From Dehalococcoidia bacterium (GTDB lineage Bacteria; Chloroflexota; Dehalococcoidia; GIF9; AB-539-J10): a DNA stretch of 64,000 bases. The stretch lies in contig JAUWOR010000004.1 of assembly GCA_030612025.1 (NCBI GenBank), positions 1-64,000 of the forward strand, read 5' to 3'. Below, one piece after another: positions 19,644 through 28,412 of the stretch. The translations under genes and the position numbers were made by a program. Under the pieces are notes generated by a model that searched no databases, had not been told where the DNA came from, and worked only from the letters and a program-made list of their open reading frames with translations. The stretch's first letter is position 1. Every line of letters starts with the position of its first letter.

Positions 19644-22571
19644 ATGACTGGTGATGAACTTAGGCAGTTTTTTCTGAGGTTCTTCGAAGATAGGGGTCAT
19701 AAGATCATCCCTGGTTCATCCTTGATTCCTCGTGGAGATCCTACCCTATTATTGACTACCGCTGGCATGGCGCAATTTAAGCCTTACTTTTTGGGATTGG
19801 AGAAGCCTCCTAGTCCACGGCTGGTTTCTTGCCAAAAATGTTTCCGTAATACTGATATAGATTCTGTTGGCGATACCAAACATCTTACTTTCTTCGAGAT
19901 GCTGGGGAATTTCAGTATTGGTGACTATTTCAAAAGAGAGGCTATTGCTTGGGCTTGGGAATTTGTCACTGAGCACTTAAAATTACCGAAAGAGCGGCTA
20001 TGGGCAACTGTTTACCTTGACGATGACGAAGCTTTTAACTATTGGCGGGAAGTAGGAATTCCAGCTGAGAAAATATTGCGCTTTGGGGAGGAGGATAATT
20101 TCTGGGGTCCGGCCGGTGATTCGGGGCCTTGCGGGCCATGCAGCGAAATCCATTACGATTTAGGAGTGGAGGCTGGTTGTGGTAGGCCTGAATGTAAACC
20201 TAATTGTGACTGTGGTCGCTTCTCTGAAATCTGGAATCTGGTATTTACTCAATATGACCAGAGTCCTGATGGTAAGCGTACTCCGCTGCCTAAACCGAAT
20301 ATTGATACTGGCATGGGTTTGGAAAGGACTGCAGTGGTTATGCAAGGCAAATATTCAGTCTATGAGACAGATCTTTTCTTACCCCTCATTCAAAGAATTT
20401 GCCGATTAACAGGCAAATGTTGTGGTAAGAGTGATAGTGATGACCAAGCTATTAGAATTATCGCTGAGCATGGCCGTGGTATTCCCTTTCTTATTGCTGA
20501 TGGTGTTTTGCCCTCCAATGAAGGTAGAGGCTATGTTTTACGGCGAGTGTTGCGTCGCGCCTCTCTTTTTGCTAGAAGGCTGGGTTTGGATAAGCCTTTC
20601 CTTAATGAAGTTGCTGAGGTAGTCATTTCTCAAATGGGTGATATATATCCTGAACTGACAACCAATCGAGATTTGATTAGACAGGTTGTTAAAGATGAGG
20701 AGGGGAAATTCTATGAGACGTTAAACACAGGGCTGGGAATTCTTCAAGACGAAGTAATTCCTTTAAGGCAAGATTATCAAAAAACCTTGAGCAAGTTAAA
20801 GCAAGATGTTGAGTCAGATCTCAAAAGTTTTCGCCCTAACGTTCCAACACAAACAGTCGTTACACAAGTAATCACACGTGTAAAAGGAGTAATAGCTACA
20901 GATGTTACTAAGGTAGGCCACGGATTTGTTATGTTGGGCACAGTCAAGTCTTGGAGAAAAGCTATCGAGCAGTTAGTTAAAAAACTAAATGAGTGTATAG
21001 CTAATGGTGCAGTTCGTGAGTTAATTGAGGAGCTTATCCATGATAGTTTCGAAGGGATTAACAAAAGTGTGAACCAAATTTCAGGCCTAGAAGTATTCAC
21101 GCTTTATGATACTCATGGCTTTCCACCAGAGTTAACTGCAGAGATTGCTAAAGAAAAGGGGCTTTCCATAGATTGGGAGAGTTTCCAGGCTGAGATGGAA
21201 AAGCAACGAGAAAGGGCCAGGGCAGCCCAGACTTTTGTTAAGACGGCGACAGCTAGGGCGAGAATTGTTAGCCCCACGACGCCGTTTATTGACTATGCTA
21301 TGAGTGCCTCTCAGTCTAAAATCCGTGAACTAGTGGTCGGAGAGCATTCTGTGGTGATTGCCTCTCAAGGTGATGAAGTTGACATAATTCTAGACAAGAC
21401 CCCTTTCTATGGCGAGATGGGTGGGCAAGTAGGGGACACCGGGGAGATAAGCGGTAGCAAAGGAAAAGTGGTTGTTACAAATACCATTAGAAGCCTCTCG
21501 GACGTAGTAATCCATCAGGGAAAAGTTATTGAGGGCAGTATATCCGCTGGTGATGAAGTAGAGGCCGAAATTGATGTTGCCCGTCGTCTGGATATCGCTC
21601 GCAACCATACCGCTACCCACCTTCTCCAAGGCGCTCTAAGGCAAATATTGAGCCACCGCGTTTCTCAGAGGGGTTCACTAGTAGAGCCAGATAGGCTCAG
21701 GTTTGACTTCTCCTGGCGAGCAGCAATAACTGAGGAGCAACTTACACAGATTGAAAGAAGGGTTAATGAGAGGATACGCCAGAACTTGCCAGTGAAGCCC
21801 AAAATGGTTCCATATAAACAAGCTATTGCTGAAGGTGCTATCGCTTTGTTTGAGGAGAAATATGGGGAGCAGGTCCGAGTGGTGGAAGTTGGCGAACCAG
21901 CGATAAGTAAAGAGCTTTGTGGTGGCACGCATGTTAAATCAACCGGGGAGATCGGTTTTTTCCTTATAACGGGCGAAAGCAGCATTGGCACTGGTCTGCG
22001 GCGCATTGAAGCGGTGACCGGGAGTGGAGCTGAATCCTTGGTTGAGAAGCGTCTTGCTACTTTGCAAGGTGTGGCCGAGGAGACAGGGAGCTCACCCGAA
22101 GAGGTTGACAGTAAAGTAAAAGCACTTGTTAGTGAACTGGAAAAAGAACGCAAGCATTCTCTTTCATTAGAGAGGGAATTATCACGGAGGCTAGCAGATT
22201 GCCTGCTGGAGCAGACACAGCAGGTTAATGGTGTAACTGTCCTGTCTGCTAAGGTGCCGTCGTTAACTATGCCTGTCCTCAGGGAGATGGGTGATATATT
22301 GCGGGACAAACTAAAGAGCGTCATAGTAATTTTAGCTACCATTTATAATGGCAAGCCAAATTTTCTGGCTATGGTTACTCCTGATTTAGTAGCTAAAGGA
22401 TTCCATGCTGGTGACATTGTTAAGCAGGTGGCTAAGCTAACTGGTGGTGGTGGTGGCGGCAAAGCAAGCATGGCTCAAGCAGGCGGCAAAGATGTGGCTA
22501 AGGTTGATGAAGCTTTGAATCTGGTTAAAAACATCGTTGCCAGCCAAGCTAAGCGAGCTCGGCAGGTCTAA
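19644..22571 (+). CDS. alaS: Alanine--tRNA ligase with an insertion of about 100 aa
   Basis: TTAGMAQFK, HLTFFEMLGNFS, DTGMGLER, YDTHGFP, NHTATHLL, ELCGGTHV, RRIEAVTG, GGGGG. Confidence 0.97.
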   Translation: MTGDELRQFFLRFFEDRGHKIIPGSSLIPRGDPTLLLTTAGMAQFKPYFLGLEKPPSPRLVSCQKCFRNTDIDSVGDTKHLTFFEMLGNFSIGDYFKREAIAWAWEFVTEHLKLPKERLWATVYLDDDEAFNYWREVGIPAEKILRFGEEDNFWGPAGDSGPCGPCSEIHYDLGVEAGCGRPECKPNCDCGRFSEIWNLVFTQYDQSPDGKRTPLPKPNIDTGMGLERTAVVMQGKYSVYETDLFLPLIQRICRLTGKCCGKSDSDDQAIRIIAEHGRGIPFLIADGVLPSNEGRGYVLRRVLRRASLFARRLGLDKPFLNEVAEVVISQMGDIYPELTTNRDLIRQVVKDEEGKFYETLNTGLGILQDEVIPLRQDYQKTLSKLKQDVESDLKSFRPNVPTQTVVTQVITRVKGVIATDVTKVGHGFVMLGTVKSWRKAIEQLVKKLNECIANGAVRELIEELIHDSFEGINKSVNQISGLEVFTLYDTHGFPPELTAEIAKEKGLSIDWESFQAEMEKQRERARAAQTFVKTATARARIVSPTTPFIDYAMSASQSKIRELVVGEHSVVIASQGDEVDIILDKTPFYGEMGGQVGDTGEISGSKGKVVVTNTIRSLSDVVIHQGKVIEGSISAGDEVEAEIDVARRLDIARNHTATHLLQGALRQILSHRVSQRGSLVEPDRLRFDFSWRAAITEEQLTQIERRVNERIRQNLPVKPKMVPYKQAIAEGAIALFEEKYGEQVRVVEVGEPAISKELCGGTHVKSTGEIGFFLITGESSIGTGLRRIEAVTGSGAESLVEKRLATLQGVAEETGSSPEEVDSKVKALVSELEKERKHSLSLERELSRRLADCLLEQTQQVNGVTVLSAKVPSLTMPVLREMGDILRDKLKSVIVILATIYNGKPNFLAMVTPDLVAKGFHAGDIVKQVAKLTGGGGGGKASMAQAGGKDVAKVDEALNLVKNIVASQAKRARQV

Positions 22572-22572
22572 T

Positions 22573-23202
22573 ATGCGCAGCCTGGGATTAGATATTGGGG
22601 ATAAAAGGACAGGAGTGGCCATAAGTGACCCTGAAGGTCTTCTGGCTGTACCTCTAACTGTGATCGTTAGCCAAAGCGAAGAGGCAACTATAGGTGATAT
22701 TGTCAAACTTGTGGAGCAGCATAGGATAGAACGTATCGTAGTTGGTCTGCCTCGCTCCTTAAGTGGTAGCCTTGGTCCACAGGCCGATAAAGTAACCGCT
22801 TTTGTCGAGAAACTTCGAAATGGCATTGCCAGCCGAAGCCCTGAGCCCTTCAGTTCCTTCAGGGTGACAAAAGGGGATTGTCATTCTGAGGGAGCGAAGC
22901 GGCCGAAGAATCTTGCCCAGGGTGAACTCCGCACAGGGGCAGCGAAGCAATCTCGTCTTACCTCAGTTGACATACAACTATGGGATGAGAGGTTCTCCAC
23001 TGTAGCTGTTGAGAAATTGATGGTTAAGGCTGGCACCAAGAAGAATAAAAGGAATGAACACCGGGATGCTTTGGCTGCTGCCTTTATTCTTCAGGGATTT
23101 CTTGACAGTTGTCATTCTGAGCCCTTCGCCTCTTGTCATTCTGAGGGAGAGAAGCGACCGAAGAATCTCACTCAGGGTAAACTCCGCGAAGAATCTAGTT
23201 AA
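22573..23202 (+). CDS. ruvX: YqgF/RuvX-family nuclease with repeat-derived internal insertion and C-terminal extension
   Basis: LGLDIGDKRTGVAISD, VVGLP, WDERFST, DALAAAFILQ. Start at ATG 22573. Confidence 0.92.
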   Translation: MRSLGLDIGDKRTGVAISDPEGLLAVPLTVIVSQSEEATIGDIVKLVEQHRIERIVVGLPRSLSGSLGPQADKVTAFVEKLRNGIASRSPEPFSSFRVTKGDCHSEGAKRPKNLAQGELRTGAAKQSRLTSVDIQLWDERFSTVAVEKLMVKAGTKKNKRNEHRDALAAAFILQGFLDSCHSEPFASCHSEGEKRPKNLTQGKLREESS

Positions 23203-24089
23203 TGCCAAAGTTCATCGGCCTCATCGGTTATCCCTTAAAGCATTCCATCTCCCCATATTTTCAGCAGGCGGCTTTGGATTACTACCACCTTGATATTCGC
23301 TATGAAGCCTGGGAAACTGGCCCACAGAAACTTGAAGCTATAATAGCTAAATTAAGAGAGCCTCGAAAGCTGGGAGCTAATGTAACAGTCCCCTATAAAG
23401 AAGCAGTGTTACCTTTACTGGACGAGGTTGATGAGCTGGCAAGCTTGATTGGCGCTGTCAATACCGTAGTTAAGAGGGATAATAGACTTTTGGGTTTCAA
23501 TACCGATGCGCATGGCTTTATCCAGGCATTAAATAAAGAAGGACATTTTGAAGCTGAAGGTAAACGGGTGGTGATTCTCGGTGCTGGTGGAGTTGCCAGG
23601 GCAGTGTGCTTTGCTTTGGTGCAGGAGAAAGCAAGTTCGCTCATTATTGTTAATCGCACTCCGGCGCGGGCTAGGGCATTGGCTGACAGCTTAAGAAGCC
23701 ATATTAGAGATTCTTCCCTACGCTCAGAAGGACTGAAAACTGAGGTCACCACTTTGTCTTGGCAAGCTCTAAATTTGGGTAAAACTTTTGGCCGCTGCCA
23801 TTTAATAGTCAACTGCACCACTATAGGAATGAAATACAGTCCTCAAGAGGGGCAATCGCCTTTGAGCCTTGCCGTGATTCCAAGCGGTGTTTTGGTCTAT
23901 GATCTGGTATATAACCCTTGTCCAACGCCTTTATTGCTGGTAGCAGAAAAGGCAGGAGCCAATACACTTGACGGACTAGCTATGCTAGTATATCAGGGAG
24001 CCGCCTCATTTGAGTTATGGACGGGAAAGAAAGCCCCAGTTGACATAATGCTTAAAAGGGCAAGGGAAGTAATAGGAGGAGAAAGATGA
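23202..24089 (+). CDS. aroE: Shikimate dehydrogenase
   Basis: HSISP, NVTVPYK, GAVNT, NTD, GAGG, NRT, DLVYNP, MLVYQGA. Confidence 0.95.
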   Translation: MPKFIGLIGYPLKHSISPYFQQAALDYYHLDIRYEAWETGPQKLEAIIAKLREPRKLGANVTVPYKEAVLPLLDEVDELASLIGAVNTVVKRDNRLLGFNTDAHGFIQALNKEGHFEAEGKRVVILGAGGVARAVCFALVQEKASSLIIVNRTPARARALADSLRSHIRDSSLRSEGLKTEVTTLSWQALNLGKTFGRCHLIVNCTTIGMKYSPQEGQSPLSLAVIPSGVLVYDLVYNPCPTPLLLVAEKAGANTLDGLAMLVYQGAASFELWTGKKAPVDIMLKRAREVIGGER

Positions 24090-25027
24090 AAAAAGTAACA
24101 ATTATTGCTTTGGCTATGTTATTGCTAGTGGCGATGTTGATTCCTACTAGCTGCATTCCAGTAGGGGATAAAATTGCTGTGATTCCTCTCAGCGGGTCTA
24201 TTACATCTGAAGGCGGTTCCCTCCTTTTTGGTCCCACTATCACTCCTGGGTCAGTGAGGGAACAACTGGGTAGGGCAGAGAAGGATATTGCTGTGAGAGC
24301 GATTGTTCTTCGCATAGAGAGCCCTGGTGGTGTAGTAGCGCCTTGTCAAGAGATTCTAAAGGAGATAGAACGGGTTAAGGAATCAAAACCAATTGTGGTT
24401 AGCATGGGGAATATGGCTGCGTCTGGCGGCTATTATATCTCGGCTGAAGCTGACAAGATTGTAGCCCTTCCAGGCACACTAACTGGAAGCATCGGGGTTA
24501 TCTCCCAGATACCAAATGTTAAGGGGCTTTACGATAAACTGGGAATCGAGATGCAAACCTTCAAAGGTGGGAAGTATAAAGATATGTATGCTGGATTGAG
24601 GGAGCTAACACCCGAAGAGAAGGAAATTATGCAACAACTGGTGGATGACTATTATGAGCAATTTGTTGCGGTAGTGGCTGAAGGTAGGGGGTTGAGCAAA
24701 GATGAGGTCAGGAGTTTAGCTACGGGGCAACTTTATACCGGTGCTGAAGCTAAAAAGTTAGGGTTAGTTGACGAACTAGGTGGGTTGGATACCGCCATAG
24801 ATTTGGCAGCAGAGCTAGCTGGTATTACCACTCCAAAAATAGAGTACTACGAACCCCCGAGTAAGTCCTTATTAGAGTCGCTTCTAGGAATTAATCTGGA
24901 TGGCTTAGTTTATGCCATCCAGATGAGATTATTGGGATTAAGTGGGCAGGACATAGTCCTGTTGCAGACTTTAAGCCATATTTATCCTGAGCCACAATAT
25001 CTTGCCTCACTCATTCCTCTCGCTTGA
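24086..25027 (+). CDS. sppA: Signal peptide peptidase SppA (S49)
   Basis: ESPGG, AASGGYYIS, TGSIGV, GKYKD, GLVDELG; hydrophobic N-terminus ending TSC. Confidence 0.92.
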   Translation: MKKVTIIALAMLLLVAMLIPTSCIPVGDKIAVIPLSGSITSEGGSLLFGPTITPGSVREQLGRAEKDIAVRAIVLRIESPGGVVAPCQEILKEIERVKESKPIVVSMGNMAASGGYYISAEADKIVALPGTLTGSIGVISQIPNVKGLYDKLGIEMQTFKGGKYKDMYAGLRELTPEEKEIMQQLVDDYYEQFVAVVAEGRGLSKDEVRSLATGQLYTGAEAKKLGLVDELGGLDTAIDLAAELAGITTPKIEYYEPPSKSLLESLLGINLDGLVYAIQMRLLGLSGQDIVLLQTLSHIYPEPQYLASLIPLA

Positions 25028-25059
25028 GGGGAGAGGTTAGGTGAGGGTGAAGGAAGCTA

Positions 25060-26316
25060 ATGGGACAATTTCGCTTTATCACTGCTGGAGAATCCCACGG
25101 GAAGGGATTGGTAGCCATAGTTGAAGGGATGGTAGCCGACCTTCCCTTGGAAGCGGAATATATCAATAAAGAACTCAAGCGTCGCCAGCAAGGCTATGGA
25201 CGCGGTCCCCGCATGGAAATAGAACAAGACAAGGTAGAAGTCATCTCGGGGATTCGCTATGGACTCACTATAGGCAGCCCCATCGCTCTTTTTATCCCTA
25301 ACCGAGATTGGCAAAACTGGCAAGAGCAGCTAAGCATCACTCCTCTGGAGAAAGAAACTGAGCCCATAACGCGTCCTCGCCCGGGACATGCTGATTTGGC
25401 CGGAGTGACTAAATATAGCCTGAAAGACATCAGACCTGTAATGGAAAGAGCCAGCGCTCGAGAGACTGCTGCCAGGGTAGCTGCTGGTGCTATCGCCAAA
25501 AGGTTTCTCGAGGAGCTCGGCATTGTTATTCATAGCCATACCATAGCTATTGGCAGCGTAAGAATGTTATTGCGTGGCAATTCCCTCCGTCATTGCGAGC
25601 GAAGCGAAGCAATCTCTATAAATTGGCAGCGGGTTGAGGCTTCCCCAGTCCGCTGTGTTGACGCCGAGGCAGAAAAGGAAATGATAGCCGCTATTGATAA
25701 AGCCAAAGCTGAGGGAGATACCTTAGGAGGCATTTTTGAGCTAATCGCCACTGGTGTGCCTATTGGCTTAGGCAGCCATGTTAGCTGGGAGTGCCGACTT
25801 GATGGCAGAATTGCCCGGGCTATAATGAGCATCAACGCCGTGAAAGGAATGGAGATTGGTGCTGGATTTACTCTAGCTAAAATCAAAGGCTCACAGGCTC
25901 ACGATGTTATTGAACCCAATCCTCCATCTGTCATTGCGAGGGACTCTCCTTCCTCGTCATTGCGAGGAGCGTCAGCGACGAAGCAATCGCTCCCTTGGCA
26001 CCATGCCACCAACTATGCTGGTGGCATCGAAGGTGGCATAAGCAATGGCGAAGACATAATAGTCAAGGCGGCAGTCAAGCCTATTGCCACTTTAGCTAAG
26101 CCATTGCCATCTATAGACCTTCGCAGCGGTGAGGTAGCCAAAGCCCACTATGAGCGCAGTGACATCTGTGTTGTTCCTGCGGCGGGGGTAATTGGCGAAG
26201 CGATGCTGGCTATTGTTCTTGCCGATGCCTGCCTGGAGAAATTCGGCGGGGATAACCTAAAGGAAACCCTGGCGAATTATCATAACTACATAAGTCATAT
26301 CTCTTTATGGAGATGA
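25060..26316 (+). CDS. aroC: Chorismate synthase with two repeat-derived insertions
   Basis: TAGESHG, RPRPGHAD, ERASARETA, GGIEGGISNG, ERSD. Confidence 0.96.
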   Translation: MGQFRFITAGESHGKGLVAIVEGMVADLPLEAEYINKELKRRQQGYGRGPRMEIEQDKVEVISGIRYGLTIGSPIALFIPNRDWQNWQEQLSITPLEKETEPITRPRPGHADLAGVTKYSLKDIRPVMERASARETAARVAAGAIAKRFLEELGIVIHSHTIAIGSVRMLLRGNSLRHCERSEAISINWQRVEASPVRCVDAEAEKEMIAAIDKAKAEGDTLGGIFELIATGVPIGLGSHVSWECRLDGRIARAIMSINAVKGMEIGAGFTLAKIKGSQAHDVIEPNPPSVIARDSPSSSLRGASATKQSLPWHHATNYAGGIEGGISNGEDIIVKAAVKPIATLAKPLPSIDLRSGEVAKAHYERSDICVVPAAGVIGEAMLAIVLADACLEKFGGDNLKETLANYHNYISHISLWR

Positions 26317-28016
26317 GCAGGCAAGTGGCTAACATCATTATCACTGGTTTTTCTGCCACCGGTAAATCACTGGTGGCTAAAGAGGTAGCTCAGCGGCTAA
26401 ATTGGAATTTCATTGATACCGATGATGAAGTAGTTAAGTTAGCGGGCAAATCAATTGATGAGATTTTTCAGCAAGATGGGGAGGGCCGGTTCAGGGAGCT
26501 TGAGCGGGAAGTAATCAGAAAAGGTTGCCAGCAGAGACAAACAGTTATAGCTATTGGTGGGGGTGCTATCGTTGACCCTCAAAACTATAAATTGCTTGCC
26601 CAAAGCGGTTTAATCATTTGTCTTGAAGCTAAACCGGAGACAATTTATCAACGCTTATTCCAAAATGCTACCTATGGCTGTGAGACTGAAGTTCGCCCTC
26701 TCCTGGCTACCAACAATCCCCTGGAGCGCATCAGACAGCTTAAAGCTTCCCGGCAGCCCTACTATGCCAGTGTTGACTGGACGATTCATACCGATAGATT
26801 AAGCCTTAGCCAGGTGGCTGAGGAGGTGGTAAGAGGGTGGCAATTGCTTCGCTCCGCTCATCACCCTCACCTTAATCCTCTCCCGTCAAGGGAGAGGAAA
26901 TTAGGCTCGCAGCTAAAGGCTAATAAGGACGTTACTTGTTGGGTGCAAACGGCTACTCAAAGCTATCCTGTTTTTGTTGGCTATGGCCTATTGCAGAAGC
27001 TTGGAGAGAAGATAAAAGAGACTGGTTTATCTGGCGTTGTGACCATAATTAGCGATGAAACCGCCTTTTCCATTTATGGTCGGAAAGTGGAAAGTATCCT
27101 CAAAAATGCCGGTTTTGCCGTTAACACCTTGGTAGTGCCGCCAGGCGAAAAAACTAAGAATATCAATTCTGCCATTAAGATTTATGACTTCTTGGTGGAG
27201 CAACGAATGGAGAGGGATGATATGCTCATTGCCTTAGGGGGTGGCATGGTAGGCGACTTAGCTGGCTTTGTCGCGGCCACTTTTTTACGAGGAATGCCCT
27301 GGATACCGCTGCCAACCAGCCTAGTGGCTATGGTTGATGCCAGCATCGGAGGCAAAGTAGGTGTCAACCACCCTCAAGGGAAAAATCTTATCGGTGCTTT
27401 TTATCAGCCGAGCTTTGTCTTAGCCGATGTCCAGACGCTTACTACTTTACCTGAACGTGAGTTAACCTCGGGGTGGGCTGAGGTTATTAAATATGGCTTG
27501 ACTCTGGACAAGGTTTTTTTTGAATTCTTAGAGGCTAATGCTGATAAGCTAATAAAGCTGGAGCCGAATGCAGTTACCCAAGCTATCGTCCGTAGCGCTG
27601 CTATCAAGGCTCAGATTGTTAGTGAAGATGAGAAGGAAAGGGGAAGACGCATCATCTTGAACTATGGGCATACCATTGCCCATGGACTGGAAGCAGCCAC
27701 TCAATATAAGCGTTTCCTCCATGGCGAAGCAGTGGCTATTGGCATGATGGGAGCCGCTAAACTCAGCCGGAGGGTAGGTCTTTTACCCTCGGATATAGTT
27801 GAGCGGCAGCAATCCTTATTACAAAAGTTTGGCTTACCTGTCAGCTTTTCCGGGTTAAGCCTGGCTGAGGTAGTGAGAGCTATGGAGCTGGATAAGAAGA
27901 CTAGAGCCAAAGCGATTCGTTGGGTGCTTTTGACAGATATAGGGCAAACGACAATTCGTAGTGATGTACCTCGGCGAGATGTACTAGCCATTCTTCAGGA
28001 GCTATTATGGATGTGA
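26313..28016 (+). CDS. aroKB: Fused shikimate kinase / 3-dehydroquinate synthase
   Basis: N part GFSATGKS, DTD, GEGRFRELE, GGG, RPLL; C part GGGMVGD, DASIGGK, KNLIGAF, LNYGHTIAH, HGEAV. ATG overlaps the aroC TGA. Confidence 0.93.
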   Translation: MSRQVANIIITGFSATGKSLVAKEVAQRLNWNFIDTDDEVVKLAGKSIDEIFQQDGEGRFRELEREVIRKGCQQRQTVIAIGGGAIVDPQNYKLLAQSGLIICLEAKPETIYQRLFQNATYGCETEVRPLLATNNPLERIRQLKASRQPYYASVDWTIHTDRLSLSQVAEEVVRGWQLLRSAHHPHLNPLPSRERKLGSQLKANKDVTCWVQTATQSYPVFVGYGLLQKLGEKIKETGLSGVVTIISDETAFSIYGRKVESILKNAGFAVNTLVVPPGEKTKNINSAIKIYDFLVEQRMERDDMLIALGGGMVGDLAGFVAATFLRGMPWIPLPTSLVAMVDASIGGKVGVNHPQGKNLIGAFYQPSFVLADVQTLTTLPERELTSGWAEVIKYGLTLDKVFFEFLEANADKLIKLEPNAVTQAIVRSAAIKAQIVSEDEKERGRRIILNYGHTIAHGLEAATQYKRFLHGEAVAIGMMGAAKLSRRVGLLPSDIVERQQSLLQKFGLPVSFSGLSLAEVVRAMELDKKTRAKAIRWVLLTDIGQTTIRSDVPRRDVLAILQELLWM

Positions 28017-28177
28017 TGTTATTGCATGCCGAATTTCCTCTCCCTTGATAGGAGAGGATTAAGGTGAGGGTGAAATTTCCCCTCCCTCTAACTCCCTCCC
28101 GCTAGGGGAGGGAGAACCAGCTCTGTAATGGCGGAGTTCATCTCCGCCTCGGTCGGGGACAAGCCCCGACCCTACGA
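28016..28177. repeat. Cluster of CCTCTCCC..GGAGAGG hairpins and a GTAG-type REP-like element
   Basis: ttcctctcccttgataggagagg..gtgagggtga, ctccctcccgctaggggagggag, ggcggagttcatctccgcc, ggtcggggacaagccccgacc. Confidence 0.75.
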
Positions 28178-28257
28178 GGTTCACTCCCAATGATGAGAAA
28201 GGGTGTCATTTAATTGAATGAAAGCCTCTTATAAGCTATAATCGCCACATAGATTAA

Positions 28258-28391
28258 GAGGGTGTTTAAAAATGTAGTTGCCCAATTTATTGGGCGACCG
28301 TGCCTGATAAATCAGGCAACTACAAAAACTTGGGGGTGAAACATCTCCGAGATGGCTGAAATTGAACCGAGAGGCAAAATTAAACAGCCTG
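28258..28391 (+). mobile_element. MITE-like element, copy 1 (module C only)
   Basis: Ends GAGGGTGTTTAA..TTAAACAGCCT; shares sequence with copies at 30587, 32208, 39068 and 58124. Confidence 0.75.
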
Positions 28392-28412
28392 ATTAATAAA
28401 TGGAGGTTATTT

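Noticed and set aside
20748-21070. Intein in alaS
   Set aside because: No splice-junction residues or homing endonuclease motifs.
28362-28412. N-terminal extensions of aspS, and likewise clpP (32404), the HAD gene (35068), porC (52559) and MNT (50103)
   Set aside because: They run through MITE, repeat or tRNA sequence; better starts exist downstream, so they were not counted as in-frame insertions.
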